NCBI GenBank assembly: GCA_937925685.1 | Contig: CALAMI010000017.1 | Location: 1,106-65,105, forward strand | Source: Candidatus Binatia bacterium | GTDB lineage: Bacteria > Desulfobacterota > Binatia > HRBIN30 | Direction of reading: 5' to 3' | DNA length: 64,000 nucleotides | Shown: piece after piece, positions 9,451 through 19,190 of the stretch | Numbering within the stretch: the stretch's first letter is position 1 | Layout of the letters: each line of letters starts with the position of its first letter | Notes under the pieces: model-generated | What the model was told of the DNA's origin: nothing | The model's database searches: none | What the model saw: only the letters and a program-made list of their open reading frames with translations | Position numbers and translations under genes: made by a program

Positions 9451-10128
9451 TCACCACTGCTCCACGTGAATTCCCGGGGAAGGGTAGCCGGCAGCGAGGA
9501 GTACGTCTGCGGCCTCGCCAATGAGCGAACCAGGGCCACAGAGGTAAAAATTCCACTCGCGTTGGGTCGTGCTCCCCACGTACCGAGCGTACAAATAGTG
9601 GACGATGGGGATGTCGAACAGCACCTCGTAATCGAAGTTCTCCCGCGAGAACACCTCGCGGACAAGCTCTTTGCGAAACAACTGCTGCTCCACATCATCG
9701 ATAAAGTGATGCAAGCGTACGGGGTGCAACAAACGATGTCGGAACAACCGCTGGAGCATTGGCCGCAGCGCAGCGATTCCCAGCCCGTGCGCTACGAACG
9801 CAAGCGGGGCCGCCGGCGCCCCTTCGAACACAAAAGTTCCCACCGGAGCCCAAAACCGCAGCGGCTGTCCCCGCTGCAATTGGGCCACATAACGCGAGCA
9901 CGGCCCGGCACCGCGAACATCGACGAACAACTCGATCGGCCCCGGTATTTCCGGGGCGAGGGCAATCGAAAAGCGACATAATTGCAACCTAGGTTCGGGG
10001 ACCTCCACAGCGACAGCCTGGCCAGGCAGCCATACCAAGTCGGCGGGGCGCGCCACAGTCACGCGGCGCACACCCGGAGCGGCATCCTCAATGGCTACAA
10101 CCTCGCTTGTATAGAGCCGCTGCGACAC
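9451..10128 (-). CDS. Ferredoxin-NADP reductase-like FAD/NAD(P)-binding oxidoreductase
   Basis: RFSIA (RxYS FAD motif), ELFVDVRGAG, and FVAHGLGIAALRPML NAD(P)-binding GxG region. Confidence 0.5.
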   Translation of the reverse strand: MSQRLYTSEVVAIEDAAPGVRRVTVARPADLVWLPGQAVAVEVPEPRLQLCRFSIALAPEIPGPIELFVDVRGAGPCSRYVAQLQRGQPLRFWAPVGTFVFEGAPAAPLAFVAHGLGIAALRPMLQRLFRHRLLHPVRLHHFIDDVEQQLFRKELVREVFSRENFDYEVLFDIPIVHYLYARYVGSTTQREWNFYLCGPGSLIGEAADVLLAAGYPSPGIHVEQW

Positions 10129-10215
10129 TGGATCGGCTTTCCTTCAGGAACGCTCGCTGTCTAACCATGCCCTGGGCCGAGGAGCCAAACAAGCCGTCAC
10201 CCTCCGGCCTGTCAC

Positions 10216-10413
10216 TCAGCGGCGACCTAATCGCTCCAGGTAAGCAGCAAAGCGACCTGCCTTTTTTCGCAAAACGACGCAATCTCCTTCCAGCCGGAGT
10301 TCGAGTTCGTCTCCGGGCTTAAGCCCAAGCTCGCCACGCACTTTAGTGGGCAACACCACCTCGCCTTTGCTCCCCAAGGTCACTGTTTGGGCAATTCCCG
10401 CGGTCATGTCCAT
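10216..10413 (-). CDS. AbrB/MazE/SpoVT-family DNA-binding protein
   Basis: Swapped-hairpin signature TLGSKGEVVLPTKVRGELGLKPGDELEL. Start ambiguous: ATG at 10413 or GTG at 10455, which overlaps the mltA stop by 1 nt. Confidence 0.6.
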   Translation of the reverse strand: MDMTAGIAQTVTLGSKGEVVLPTKVRGELGLKPGDELELRLEGDCVVLRKKAGRFAAYLERLGRR

Positions 10414-10454
10414 GAACTCCCGACTGCGCTCGTTTTCGCTCCCTAGTTGAACCA

Positions 10455-11651
10455 CTACTCCTTCGGCAACAGAAAGTACACGCGACCCGGGTTCTCCAGG
10501 TCAGCCGCAATTGCTTCCGCAACAGCCCCACTGCCCCAAAACACATCGAGGCGATTCGCTCCGCCAGTGGTGCTTCCGGCGTCTTGGAAAAACACGAAAC
10601 GGCGGACCGTGCTGCCCCCCCGCGGAACATCGTTGTTGCGCGGCAAAATTTCGATAAAGGCCAATGCCCCATGAGCATAAAAAGCGGGATCCGCTGCCAC
10701 CGATCTTCCAGCCGTTAGCGGCACGCCGCAGCTGCCCACAGGCCCCGCAGCCACACCTCGAAAGAATACCCATCTCGGGTTTTGGGCAAAGAGTTCTGCT
10801 TGCTCTTCCGGGTGCGTGCGCAAGTACTCCTTCAGGCGACCAAGGGTGAGCGTGTTCCCACTAATTTTACCGCGCTCGCTTAGCACCTTGGCGATGCTGC
10901 GGTACGGGTGGCCATTGGACGCGGCGTAACTTACTTGCAACCGCACACCGTCTTCGAGTTCGAGCAACGCCGAACCTTGCACATGCAAGAAATAAGCTTC
11001 CACTGGGTCATCGAGCCAAGCCAGCTCGTAGCCGCGACCACTCAGTGCTCCCAACTCGATCTCGGTGCGCGTAAAGTACGGGATCAGCTTCCCGTCTTTG
11101 ACCCGACCTTGGACGACGCGCGCCGGGCACTCAGGACAAAAGTCCTTCAAGTGTACATCCACGAGGTCGTCTGGGGTCCGATAAATGGGGTAACGAAAAC
11201 GCTCCGTTCGCCTGCGGCTCGCTCGCACCTCCGGCTGGTAATATCCGGCGACCCAAAGAGTGTCCCCGGAGGTCACCTCGTAAAGTCGCAGTCGATCGCA
11301 CAACTGTTCCAGTTGGGTTCCCTTAGACTCTAAGAGCGCTTGGGTCGCCGCCAAAAGTTGCGATACTGAGATCTCTCGGTTCAAGAGAGTCAAGCGATGC
11401 TGCAACGGAAGCTGGGCTAGGTAGGCAAGGTTGCGCTCAGCGGCCTGGAGCAGGGAATCGGGCGTGGCGTCGTCGCGCAGTCGCGCGCGACAGGTGGCCT
11501 CGTCGAGTGCCGTTAAAACAGCACCCTGGCGGGCCACGCTCGCTTGGCTTCTAGTGCTTTCCGAAGGCAAGGGCCTTCCCACAGGTTCTACGCAGCTCAT
11601 ACACCCACACAACAAGCAGGCAACCAACAGCCAACTTACGCGCCCTCGCAT
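10455..11651 (-). CDS. mltA: Membrane-bound lytic murein transglycosylase A (MltA) lipoprotein
   Basis: Lipobox LLVACLLCGC after MRGRVSW (ATG at 11651). MltA domain (YFLHVQGSA, WVAGYYQP). C-terminal 3D domain (FFQDAGSTTGGANRLDVFWGSG). The ORF track extension to 11813 would overlap the upstream aminotransferase. Confidence 0.75.
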   Translation of the reverse strand: MRGRVSWLLVACLLCGCMSCVEPVGRPLPSESTRSQASVARQGAVLTALDEATCRARLRDDATPDSLLQAAERNLAYLAQLPLQHRLTLLNREISVSQLLAATQALLESKGTQLEQLCDRLRLYEVTSGDTLWVAGYYQPEVRASRRRTERFRYPIYRTPDDLVDVHLKDFCPECPARVVQGRVKDGKLIPYFTRTEIELGALSGRGYELAWLDDPVEAYFLHVQGSALLELEDGVRLQVSYAASNGHPYRSIAKVLSERGKISGNTLTLGRLKEYLRTHPEEQAELFAQNPRWVFFRGVAAGPVGSCGVPLTAGRSVAADPAFYAHGALAFIEILPRNNDVPRGGSTVRRFVFFQDAGSTTGGANRLDVFWGSGAVAEAIAADLENPGRVYFLLPKE

Positions 11652-11676
11652 AGTTTCCAGCAGCAACCTCCAGCAC

Positions 11677-12864
11677 TCAATCTTCAGCGCTCGCCAGCAC
11701 CCGCTGTGCGGCGGCAACACCGGCACCCGCTTCGACGGGAAAGCCAAAGCGAGGCAGAAGGGATTCCAGCGCAGAAAGCACCGTGAGCACATTTGCCGCA
11801 GTACTTGACTCACCCATCAAGCCGATGCGCCAAGTGCGTCCCTTGAACGGGCCCAATCCAGCCCCAATCTCGATAGAAAACTCTCGAAGCAGTGCTCCCC
11901 GCACCCCGGCGTCGTCCACGCTTTCGGGAACGGAGATAGAGTTCAGCGTCCACAACCGATGGCCCTCTTCGGCAGCGAAGCGAAGCCCCAAAGCGGCCAA
12001 CCCGGCTGCAAGGGCTTTATGGTTGCGCTCGTGGCGCTGCCAGCGCGTCTCCAAACCCTCCGCTTCAATAATCCGTAGGGCTTCGAGCAACGCGTAGTTC
12101 ATCGTGATAGGCGCCGTGTGATGATAGACGCGATCCGCTCCCCAATACTGGGACAGCAAGGAAACGTCCAAGTACCAGCTCTGCACCGCGTGCCGCCGCT
12201 GACGTGTTGCCGCCAACGCCGCAGGAGAAAAAGTGACCGGAGCGAGACCCGGCGGTGCACTTAAACACTTCTGCGTCGCACTGTAACAAACATCGATTCC
12301 CCAGTGGTCGACGCGCACCGGGTGTCCGCCCAGCGAGGTCACCGTATCCACCAGGAACAAGGCTTCGTGTTCTCGCGCCAAGGCCGCCAGGTCCTCCAGA
12401 GGCTGCAACACCCCGGTGGAGGTTTCCGCATGCACCACGGCGAGAACTTTGGGCCTTCGGCAATTCCGCAGAGCCGCGCGGACGTCGGAAGCATCGACGA
12501 TTCGACCCCACGGAGCGTGAACTTCTTTTACCTGCGCCCCGCAACGTCGCGCCACCTCCGCCATGCGTTGGCCAAACACGCCATTGACGCAAACAACTGC
12601 CTCGTCGCCAGGCTCCAGGAGGTTGACAAAACACGTTTCCATGCCGGCACTGCCGGTGCCTGAAATGGGAATGGTCAGCTCGTTTTCCGTGCCGAAAAGC
12701 CAACGCAGCAGCCGCTTGTTTTCCTCCATGATGGTGACGAACGCTGGGTCTAAGTGACCCACCAGGGGCGTGCTCATGGCCTGCAGCACTCGCGGGTGCA
12801 CCATGCTGGGCCCTGGGCCCAGCAGCAATCGCTGCGGTGGCGGAAAGCATTGCTTTTGAGCCAT
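11677..12864 (-). CDS. Class V aminotransferase (alanine-glyoxylate / serine-pyruvate aminotransferase family)
   Basis: 395 aa. LLGPGPS...V..AM N-terminus and TGSAGMEA region typical of AGXT-type PLP enzymes. 26-nt spacing to mltA. Confidence 0.75.
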   Translation of the reverse strand: MAQKQCFPPPQRLLLGPGPSMVHPRVLQAMSTPLVGHLDPAFVTIMEENKRLLRWLFGTENELTIPISGTGSAGMETCFVNLLEPGDEAVVCVNGVFGQRMAEVARRCGAQVKEVHAPWGRIVDASDVRAALRNCRRPKVLAVVHAETSTGVLQPLEDLAALAREHEALFLVDTVTSLGGHPVRVDHWGIDVCYSATQKCLSAPPGLAPVTFSPAALAATRQRRHAVQSWYLDVSLLSQYWGADRVYHHTAPITMNYALLEALRIIEAEGLETRWQRHERNHKALAAGLAALGLRFAAEEGHRLWTLNSISVPESVDDAGVRGALLREFSIEIGAGLGPFKGRTWRIGLMGESSTAANVLTVLSALESLLPRFGFPVEAGAGVAAAQRVLASAED

Positions 12865-13045
12865 CGTCTTCCCTCGACCGCCGCTCGCATAACCAATTGG
12901 AGCAGCGATGCAAGGAACTGCTTCCGTCTATAGGAAAACGGCACTATGCGCTCGCTAACGCTGTGAAGGTCGACGGCTCGACGTGGTTTCCTCCACAAGA
13001 AACCGTGCTAAAGGGCTTTTGCGACGCAGTCTGCTCGAGCCCGCC

Positions 13046-13735
13046 ATGTGTCAGCAACGTGGGAATCTGTCTGGGTACGGGAATTTCTCGGTTTGGCTGT
13101 TTGTCCTGATCCTCGTGTTTGCGGCTCGCGGCATGACTCACCACGGGGCGATGCCGCGTTCGGAGAACAAAGCTCTTGAGGAAACGCCCGTGGAGCGGAA
13201 CTGCACTGCGTCCATCTCCGCGTGCGTGGGCGATTGCAACCAAGATGCGGAAGTCAGCATCGACGAAATCGTTACGGGCGTTGCCATCGCGCTCGGTTTA
13301 TCGCCGCTGCCAACGTGCACGCACATGGATCGCGATGGGCAAGGCGACGTCACCATCGATGAAATCATTGCCGCCGTGCGTGCAGCCTTGGAAGGCTGCC
13401 CCCTCGATCGAGGAGCCATTTACGAGGTTCGGGCTTGCGACGACGAGCGCTTTCGCATCCTGCTTGTTGATCCACAAGCAACGCAGCTGGCGGAGCGCAT
13501 ATTGGCTGGCGAAGAACCGCAAAAAATTGTGATAGGCGATCTTCGCTGTGGTTCGGGCAACTTCAACGGCCCCTGGAACTGGCACCTCGAACCGGCAACC
13601 GTAGGCTTCGCTGACGTTACCATAGAACTTTGCGACGGCTGCCCCTCCTTCGTCGAGACAGAGTTGGAGTACTGGCTCGACACCGTCCGGCGGTATTGCC
13701 CGTGGAGCGCCGAACTCTTGCGACGTGTACGCTAA
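13046..13735 (+). CDS. Secreted hypothetical protein with N-terminal Cys-bracketed double EF-hand (dockerin-like) module
   Basis: Hydrophobic N-terminus (VWLFVLILVFAARG). CVGDCNQDAEVSIDEIV...DRDGQGDVTIDEII..GC matches the module at 8940-9110. C-terminal 120 aa (CGSGNFNGPWNWH..CDGCP) is unassigned. Start uncertain (12983/13046/13132). Confidence 0.45.
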   Translation: MCQQRGNLSGYGNFSVWLFVLILVFAARGMTHHGAMPRSENKALEETPVERNCTASISACVGDCNQDAEVSIDEIVTGVAIALGLSPLPTCTHMDRDGQGDVTIDEIIAAVRAALEGCPLDRGAIYEVRACDDERFRILLVDPQATQLAERILAGEEPQKIVIGDLRCGSGNFNGPWNWHLEPATVGFADVTIELCDGCPSFVETELEYWLDTVRRYCPWSAELLRRVR

Positions 13736-13745
13736 GCGATCGCGG

Positions 13746-14912
13746 TCATCTCAGCGCTTTACGAATGCGCTCCATTGCTTCGGTTAGCCGATCGTCCGTT
13801 ACGGTTAGGGAAAACCTCACGTAACCTTCCCCGTACTGTCCGTACGCGGCACCGGCGGCAACCACGACGTGAGCCTTGTCGAAGAGGAAAGTGGCAAACT
13901 CGATGCTGGTCATCCCCTCTGGCACAGGTATCCAGAGGTAAAAGGTGCCCCGTCCGGGCGTGAAGCGAACGCCGAGGTCCGTCAAAGTTTCGAGCACAAG
14001 CTTGCGCCGTCGCTGGTAAATTTCGAGCATGCGCCGGATGTTATCTCCGCACTGCTCGAGAGCGACGATGCCTGCGTACTGGATGGCGTTGAACACTCCC
14101 GAGTCAGTGTTCTCTTTGACCTTGGACATGGCGGCAATGAGATCGCGGTTCCCGAGGGCCATACCGAGGCGCCAGCCCGTCATGTTAAATGGCTTCGAAA
14201 GAGAATTGAGCTCGATGCCAACGTCTTTTGCTCCGGGGATGGAGAGGAAGCTCAGGGGCCGCTCGCCGTCGAAAACGATTTCGCTGTAAGGGTTGTCATA
14301 ACAAACGGCGATGTCGTAAGAACGAGCAAAGTCCACTAACTCGGCCAGAAACTTGCGCGTGGCTGTGGCTCCGGTGGGGTTGTTCGGGTAGTTCAAGAAC
14401 ATGGCACTGGCGCGTTTGGCAACCTCCGTCGGGATGTCGCCAAATTGGGGCAGATAACCGTCGTCGGCGCGAATCGGCACGCTGTATGGTTCGCCGCCAG
14501 CGATGAGGATGCTCGCCCGATAGGCCGGGTACCCCGGATCCGTCATCAACACCGTTTCGCCCGGATTGACCCGGGCCAGCACGAAGTGGTGACACCCTTC
14601 CTTCGATCCGATGAGGGCAATGACCTCGGTTTCTGGATCCACCTCCACCCCGTAGCGCCGTGCGTACCAGCGAGAAACGGCCTGGCGAAAGGCGAGCATG
14701 CCCTTTTCTTCATCTGTCGGATAGCGGTGGTTCAATGGATCGCGAGCAGCACGTGCCAACTCCTCGACAACGGGGTCCGGCGTTGGTTCGACGGGATCGC
14801 CGATGGCTAAGCTAATGACATCGGCGCCGTCGGCCCGAGCTTTCGCGATCTTCTGCCGCAACTCCATAAAAAGGTACGGCGGAATCTTTTTCAGTCGCTC
14901 CGCTGCCCGCAT
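13746..14912 (-). CDS. dapL: LL-diaminopimelate aminotransferase-type class I aminotransferase
   Basis: N-terminus KKIPPYLFMELRQKIAKARADGADVISLAIGDP matches the DapL hallmark (PPYLFAE...ISLGIGDP). 388 aa fold-type I PLP enzyme. Confidence 0.6.
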   Translation of the reverse strand: MRAAERLKKIPPYLFMELRQKIAKARADGADVISLAIGDPVEPTPDPVVEELARAARDPLNHRYPTDEEKGMLAFRQAVSRWYARRYGVEVDPETEVIALIGSKEGCHHFVLARVNPGETVLMTDPGYPAYRASILIAGGEPYSVPIRADDGYLPQFGDIPTEVAKRASAMFLNYPNNPTGATATRKFLAELVDFARSYDIAVCYDNPYSEIVFDGERPLSFLSIPGAKDVGIELNSLSKPFNMTGWRLGMALGNRDLIAAMSKVKENTDSGVFNAIQYAGIVALEQCGDNIRRMLEIYQRRRKLVLETLTDLGVRFTPGRGTFYLWIPVPEGMTSIEFATFLFDKAHVVVAAGAAYGQYGEGYVRFSLTVTDDRLTEAMERIRKALR

Positions 14913-15359
14913 ACCGTGTCCTCCTCGTCGTCAAGCCGAAGCCGCGTAGCACCACGAGGTTCAAGCGACAACGGCAACCAGGGACTCTCCCGAGACACCG
15001 CACCCTGGCCTCGTACGAGTGGCCCAAGCTGCCGCTACGCGGCGGCTGCCATGTGCGTCAGCCCGCACGCCATGCCCCAACTCGCTGGCCCCTTTGGTTA
15101 TGGCAGCGCCGAACTCGGGCAGCCGCCCCAATGCACCGCAGGACTTCTTATGCCAGAGGCTCAACCCCCAAGGAGCACCGCGAACGCGAAGCGAAAATGC
15201 GGCGAACGTTGTCAAGTAAGACAAAGCACGATATGGAATGGCGCAGCGCGTTGATTCCAGAATCGGCAAGATCCGGCGCACCGGGAAGAAAAAGCCGAGC
15301 CGCCGGGGATGACGAGGTGACGGAGGGGCTGGGACAGCCAGAGGGAAGGGAGAGCGACG

Positions 15360-15857
15360 ATGCCGCATCAGGTGTTCATCGCAATTGGCTCAAACCTCGG
15401 CGACCGCAAGGCCAACCATTTAGAGGCAATTCGCCGGATCCAGGCACTGCCGCACACGCGCGTGGTCAAGCAATCTTCCTTTTACGAAAGCGAGCCGCAT
15501 GGCGACGCCACCGAATGGTTCGTCAATTCTGTCATCGAGATTCAAACGGATCTCTCTCCCGAGGAACTTCTGCGCAAACTGCTCGCGATCGAAGAGGAAA
15601 TGGGCCGCAAACGGGTCAAAGGCAAGAAGTGGGGCAACAGAGTGATCGACCTCGACATCCTTCTCTACGAGAGCCTGGTGCTGAACAAACGAAACTTAAA
15701 GATACCGCACCCGGAGTTACCCAACCGCAAATTTGTCCTTCTTCCCCTAAGCGAGTTAGCTCCGAGCTTCCGTCACCCGGAACTGCAAAAAAGTATCTCG
15801 GAGTTGCTGGCGACCACCAAAGACACAAAACGAGTGCACCTTTACCGCGGTGCTTGA
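15360..15857 (+). CDS. folK: 2-amino-4-hydroxy-6-hydroxymethyldihydropteridine pyrophosphokinase (HPPK)
   Basis: VFIAIGSNLGDR..., EPHGD, NRVIDLDILLYE, and HPEL motifs typical of FolK. 165 aa. Confidence 0.85.
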   Translation: MPHQVFIAIGSNLGDRKANHLEAIRRIQALPHTRVVKQSSFYESEPHGDATEWFVNSVIEIQTDLSPEELLRKLLAIEEEMGRKRVKGKKWGNRVIDLDILLYESLVLNKRNLKIPHPELPNRKFVLLPLSELAPSFRHPELQKSISELLATTKDTKRVHLYRGA

Positions 15858-16115
15858 CGGTCGGCGAACAACCCCGCGAGTGCGCCCGGAAGACGTTGGC
15901 GGCGCGGGAGGGGGAAGGGATCGCCCTCCGGAACAGCCTAGGCTAGTGTCTGTGGCCGCGCGTCACGGGCCCCATCCAGCGAGCGCCGCCATGCCGTTGG
16001 TACCCGCAAGAGCGGCCGGATCATATCTTTGACGCCCACCTTAGACCCCCATCAGCTTTCGGCCAGGCGAAAGGCAAAACCAACTTCTGTTCATCGCCCT
16101 CAAAAGGGAAGCCGG

Positions 16116-16147
16116 ACCGTCGACCCAAGCCGCCTCGGACGGTTTTG
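16116..16147 (+). terminator. Candidate rho-independent terminator downstream of folK
   Basis: 6-bp stem ACCGTC/GACGGT with a 16-nt loop followed by TTTT, in the convergent folK/pntB gap. Stem is weak. Confidence 0.25.
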
Positions 16148-16156
16148 GAACCCACG

Positions 16157-17551
16157 CTACAAGTCCTTCAACGCATTCATCAAATCCAAAATCGCCTTTT
16201 TCCCGTCGGCGAAGTACATGAGAGTGTTGTCCGCTGCGAACAGCGGATTGGGAATTCCGGCGAAGCCTGGAGACAGCGAGCGTTTGACCACGACTACGGT
16301 GCGCGCCTTGTCCACGTCTAAGATCGGCATTCCCGCAATCGGGCCGCTTGCTTGATCACGGGCCAGGGGGTTGACCACATCGTTGGCACCAATGACGATG
16401 GCCACGTCCGTTTGCTCGAAGAGCGGGTTTGCCTCCTCCATGGTCAGCATTTTCTCGTAAGGAATATCGGCTTCGGCCAGGAGGACATTCATGTGCCCCG
16501 GCATACGCCCAGCCACGGGATGAATCGCGAACGCGACCTCCGTGCCTCGCGACTCCAGCAAACGCACGAGATCGCGCACGGCGTGCTGCGCTTGCGAAAC
16601 CGCCATGCCGTAACCGGGAACGATCATCACCCGGCGAGCGCCATCCAACAGCATGGCTACCTCTTCTGCCGTGGCTGCTTTAATGCGGCCCGCATAGATG
16701 TCGCTTTCGCCACTGCTCCCCGGGGCCACCACACCTACGCCCCCGAACAACACGTTGGGGAGCGAACGGTTCATCGCCTTGCACATGATCTGCGTCAGAA
16801 TGATCCCGCTCGCTCCTACCAGCGAACCGGCAATGATGAGCATGTTGTTGTTCAGCACAAAACCGGTGGCGCAGCCGGCCAGGCCCGAATATGAGTTCAA
16901 CAGGGAGATCACAACCGGCATATCGGCTCCGCCAATGGGAATCACCGTGAGCACGCCGAGGGCAGAAGCCAAGGCCACCACCAACCAGTAAAGCGACAGC
17001 TCCTCCGGTCGCAACACGATCCCGATTCCCAACGCCACAGTGACGGCGGCAAGCAGGGCATTCATGGCATGGCGGCCAGGTAGCAGGATGGGCTGGCCGG
17101 GCACGATTTCTTGCAGTTTGGCAAATGCAACCAAAGAACCCCAAAACGTCACGGCACCGATCAAGCCGGATGCTGCCGTGGCAATGGTTAGCTGCAAGGT
17201 CACCGGTCGCTCGACAATTCCCACGGCCTCGATCAGCGCGGCTCCAGCGACAAGCACCGAAGCACCACCTCCGAAGCCGTTTAGCAACGCCACCATTTGG
17301 GGCATCGCCGTCATGCGGATACGCAACGCCAACACCGTACCAATGGCAGAACCGATGACGAGGGCCACAAAAATCGCAGCGAAAGACAACACCTGCCGAT
17401 CGAGCAAAGTAAAAACGATGGCGATCAACATACCCACAGCGGCAACGCCGTTGCCTCGGCGGGCCGTGCGCGGGTGGGCCAGCTCCTTCAATCCCCAGAT
17501 AAACAACAGTGCCGCTATGAGATATGCAACGTTGATGATGGCCAACGACAC
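16157..17551 (-). CDS. pntB: NAD(P) transhydrogenase subunit beta
   Basis: 464 aa. Multi-TM N-terminal half and C-terminal NADP(H)-binding dIII with GGADMPVVISLLNSYSGLA. Confidence 0.85.
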   Translation of the reverse strand: MSLAIINVAYLIAALLFIWGLKELAHPRTARRGNGVAAVGMLIAIVFTLLDRQVLSFAAIFVALVIGSAIGTVLALRIRMTAMPQMVALLNGFGGGASVLVAGAALIEAVGIVERPVTLQLTIATAASGLIGAVTFWGSLVAFAKLQEIVPGQPILLPGRHAMNALLAAVTVALGIGIVLRPEELSLYWLVVALASALGVLTVIPIGGADMPVVISLLNSYSGLAGCATGFVLNNNMLIIAGSLVGASGIILTQIMCKAMNRSLPNVLFGGVGVVAPGSSGESDIYAGRIKAATAEEVAMLLDGARRVMIVPGYGMAVSQAQHAVRDLVRLLESRGTEVAFAIHPVAGRMPGHMNVLLAEADIPYEKMLTMEEANPLFEQTDVAIVIGANDVVNPLARDQASGPIAGMPILDVDKARTVVVVKRSLSPGFAGIPNPLFAADNTLMYFADGKKAILDLMNALKDL

Positions 17552-17555
17552 GGGA

Positions 17556-17837
17556 TCATTCCTTTCTCTTAAACATTCGGAGCATGCGATCCGTCACAAG
17601 AAATCCCCCCACCACGTTGATCATGGCAAATACCACGGCCAGGAATCCTAAAACCGCCGTTAGGGTTGTGTGCTGCATGCCTAAAGACAAGATCGCCCCC
17701 ACAATGGTGATCCCGGAGATGGCATTCGACCCCGACATCAGCGGGGTATGCAACGTTGGCGGTACTTTGCTGATCACCTCGAAGCCCACTAGGACCGCGA
17801 GCACGAAGATCGTGAAAATGTTGACAAAGTCACCCAT
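17556..17837 (-). CDS. pntA: NAD(P) transhydrogenase subunit alpha part 2 (membrane dII fragment)
   Basis: 93-aa hydrophobic protein between pntAA and pntB. Typical of split alpha-subunit arrangements. Confidence 0.8.
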   Translation of the reverse strand: MGDFVNIFTIFVLAVLVGFEVISKVPPTLHTPLMSGSNAISGITIVGAILSLGMQHTTLTAVLGFLAVVFAMINVVGGFLVTDRMLRMFKRKE

Positions 17838-17861
17838 CGCTCGACGCCTCCTCGATACCCT

Positions 17862-19016
17862 TTATGATGAAAGCGCTTGCTTCACGGCAGGGTGGACGAT
17901 GCGGCCCTCATGGATCACCAATGTTTCCGCTGTGATCTCGTCTCCCCGGTCGAACTGCAGCTCACCCTTCGGGAATACATGGAGCAAGAAGGCAACGACG
18001 TTGTTCGAGTACATCTGGCTGGCGTGATAAGGCACTGTGCCAGCGAGGTTCACCGGACCAAACACCCGTACACCGCGGAACAACACCTCCTCACCGGCAC
18101 GGGTCACAGCACAGTTTCCACCACGTTCAGCAGCCAGGTCCACCACCACCGAGCCCGGGGCCATGCCCGCAACCATCTCAGCCGTAAGCAGCACTGGCGC
18201 TTTGCGGCCGGGCACGTTTGCCGTCGTGATCACGACGTCGCTGTCGCCCACCACTCGGGAGAGCAATTCCCGCTGTCGTTCGTAAAAGCGCTCGTCTTGG
18301 GGCTTCGCGTAACCCGCTTTGTCCTCGACATCCTCCGTTTCCAAGGGGAGTTCCACGAATCGCGCTCCTAAGCTCAACACTTGTTCTTTCGCTGCGGGCC
18401 GGATGTCGTATGCGGAGACGACACCGCCAAGCTTCCGAGCGGTAGCAACTGCCTGCAAGCCTGCCACCCCTGCTCCCAAAACAAACACCTTTGCCGGGCG
18501 CAACGTGCCGGCTGCCGTCATCATGAGCGGAAACAGCTTGGGCAATGCGTTTGCCGCCACGATCACCGCCTTGTAGCCCGCTATGGTGGCCATTGACGTC
18601 AATGCATCCATGGATTGAGCACGGGTGATCCGCGGCATCATTTCAATGGCGAAGGCACTCACCCCGGTGCGGGAAAGTTGCTCCATCGCCTCGGGGTTAC
18701 CCAAGGGACGGAGGAAGCCAACCACTACTTGTCCCGGCCGGAAAAGCGCCAAGTCCTCCTGCCCACGCGGCGGATTGGCACCAATGCCCAACACCTGCAC
18801 AATGACCTGAGCCTTTGCAAAGACAGTCGCTCGATCCTCAACAATTTGGGCTCCTTTTTCCTCGTAGGCAGCATCGGGGAAACCTGCCTGCTCCCCAGCA
18901 CCACGCTCAACGACCACTACGCAGCCAATTTTGACCAACGACGGAACGGAAGCAGGAATCAAGGCGACCCGCCGTTCGCCCGGAAAGCTCTCCCGCGGTA
19001 TACCAATCACCAGCAT
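17862..19016 (-). CDS. pntA: NAD(P) transhydrogenase subunit alpha part 1 (dI, alanine dehydrogenase-like)
   Basis: MLVIGIPRESFPGERRVALIPASV N-terminus. Rossmann GxGxxG (VFVLGAGVAGLQA). 384 aa. Confidence 0.85.
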   Translation of the reverse strand: MLVIGIPRESFPGERRVALIPASVPSLVKIGCVVVVERGAGEQAGFPDAAYEEKGAQIVEDRATVFAKAQVIVQVLGIGANPPRGQEDLALFRPGQVVVGFLRPLGNPEAMEQLSRTGVSAFAIEMMPRITRAQSMDALTSMATIAGYKAVIVAANALPKLFPLMMTAAGTLRPAKVFVLGAGVAGLQAVATARKLGGVVSAYDIRPAAKEQVLSLGARFVELPLETEDVEDKAGYAKPQDERFYERQRELLSRVVGDSDVVITTANVPGRKAPVLLTAEMVAGMAPGSVVVDLAAERGGNCAVTRAGEEVLFRGVRVFGPVNLAGTVPYHASQMYSNNVVAFLLHVFPKGELQFDRGDEITAETLVIHEGRIVHPAVKQALSS

Positions 19017-19190
19017 CGATGAAACGACCCTCCTGCTTTGGCGCTTGCACTCCTAAAAGTTACGACACTTTACTCAATTGCATGGGTTTGTCACCCGGGG
19101 GAAGTCCCTGCAGTCGCTCGGCGTCTTGCGTTCCGCGGAGTTCCCCTGGAACGCCCTCCGTGCTTTGCTCTCAGGGTCGAAGGAGGGCTC

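Noticed and set aside
16157-19016. Three pnt ORFs as a possible fragmented (pseudogenised) transhydrogenase
   Set aside because: A split alpha subunit (dI + small dII piece) is a normal gene organisation in many bacteria. All three ORFs are intact with short non-overlapping spacers.
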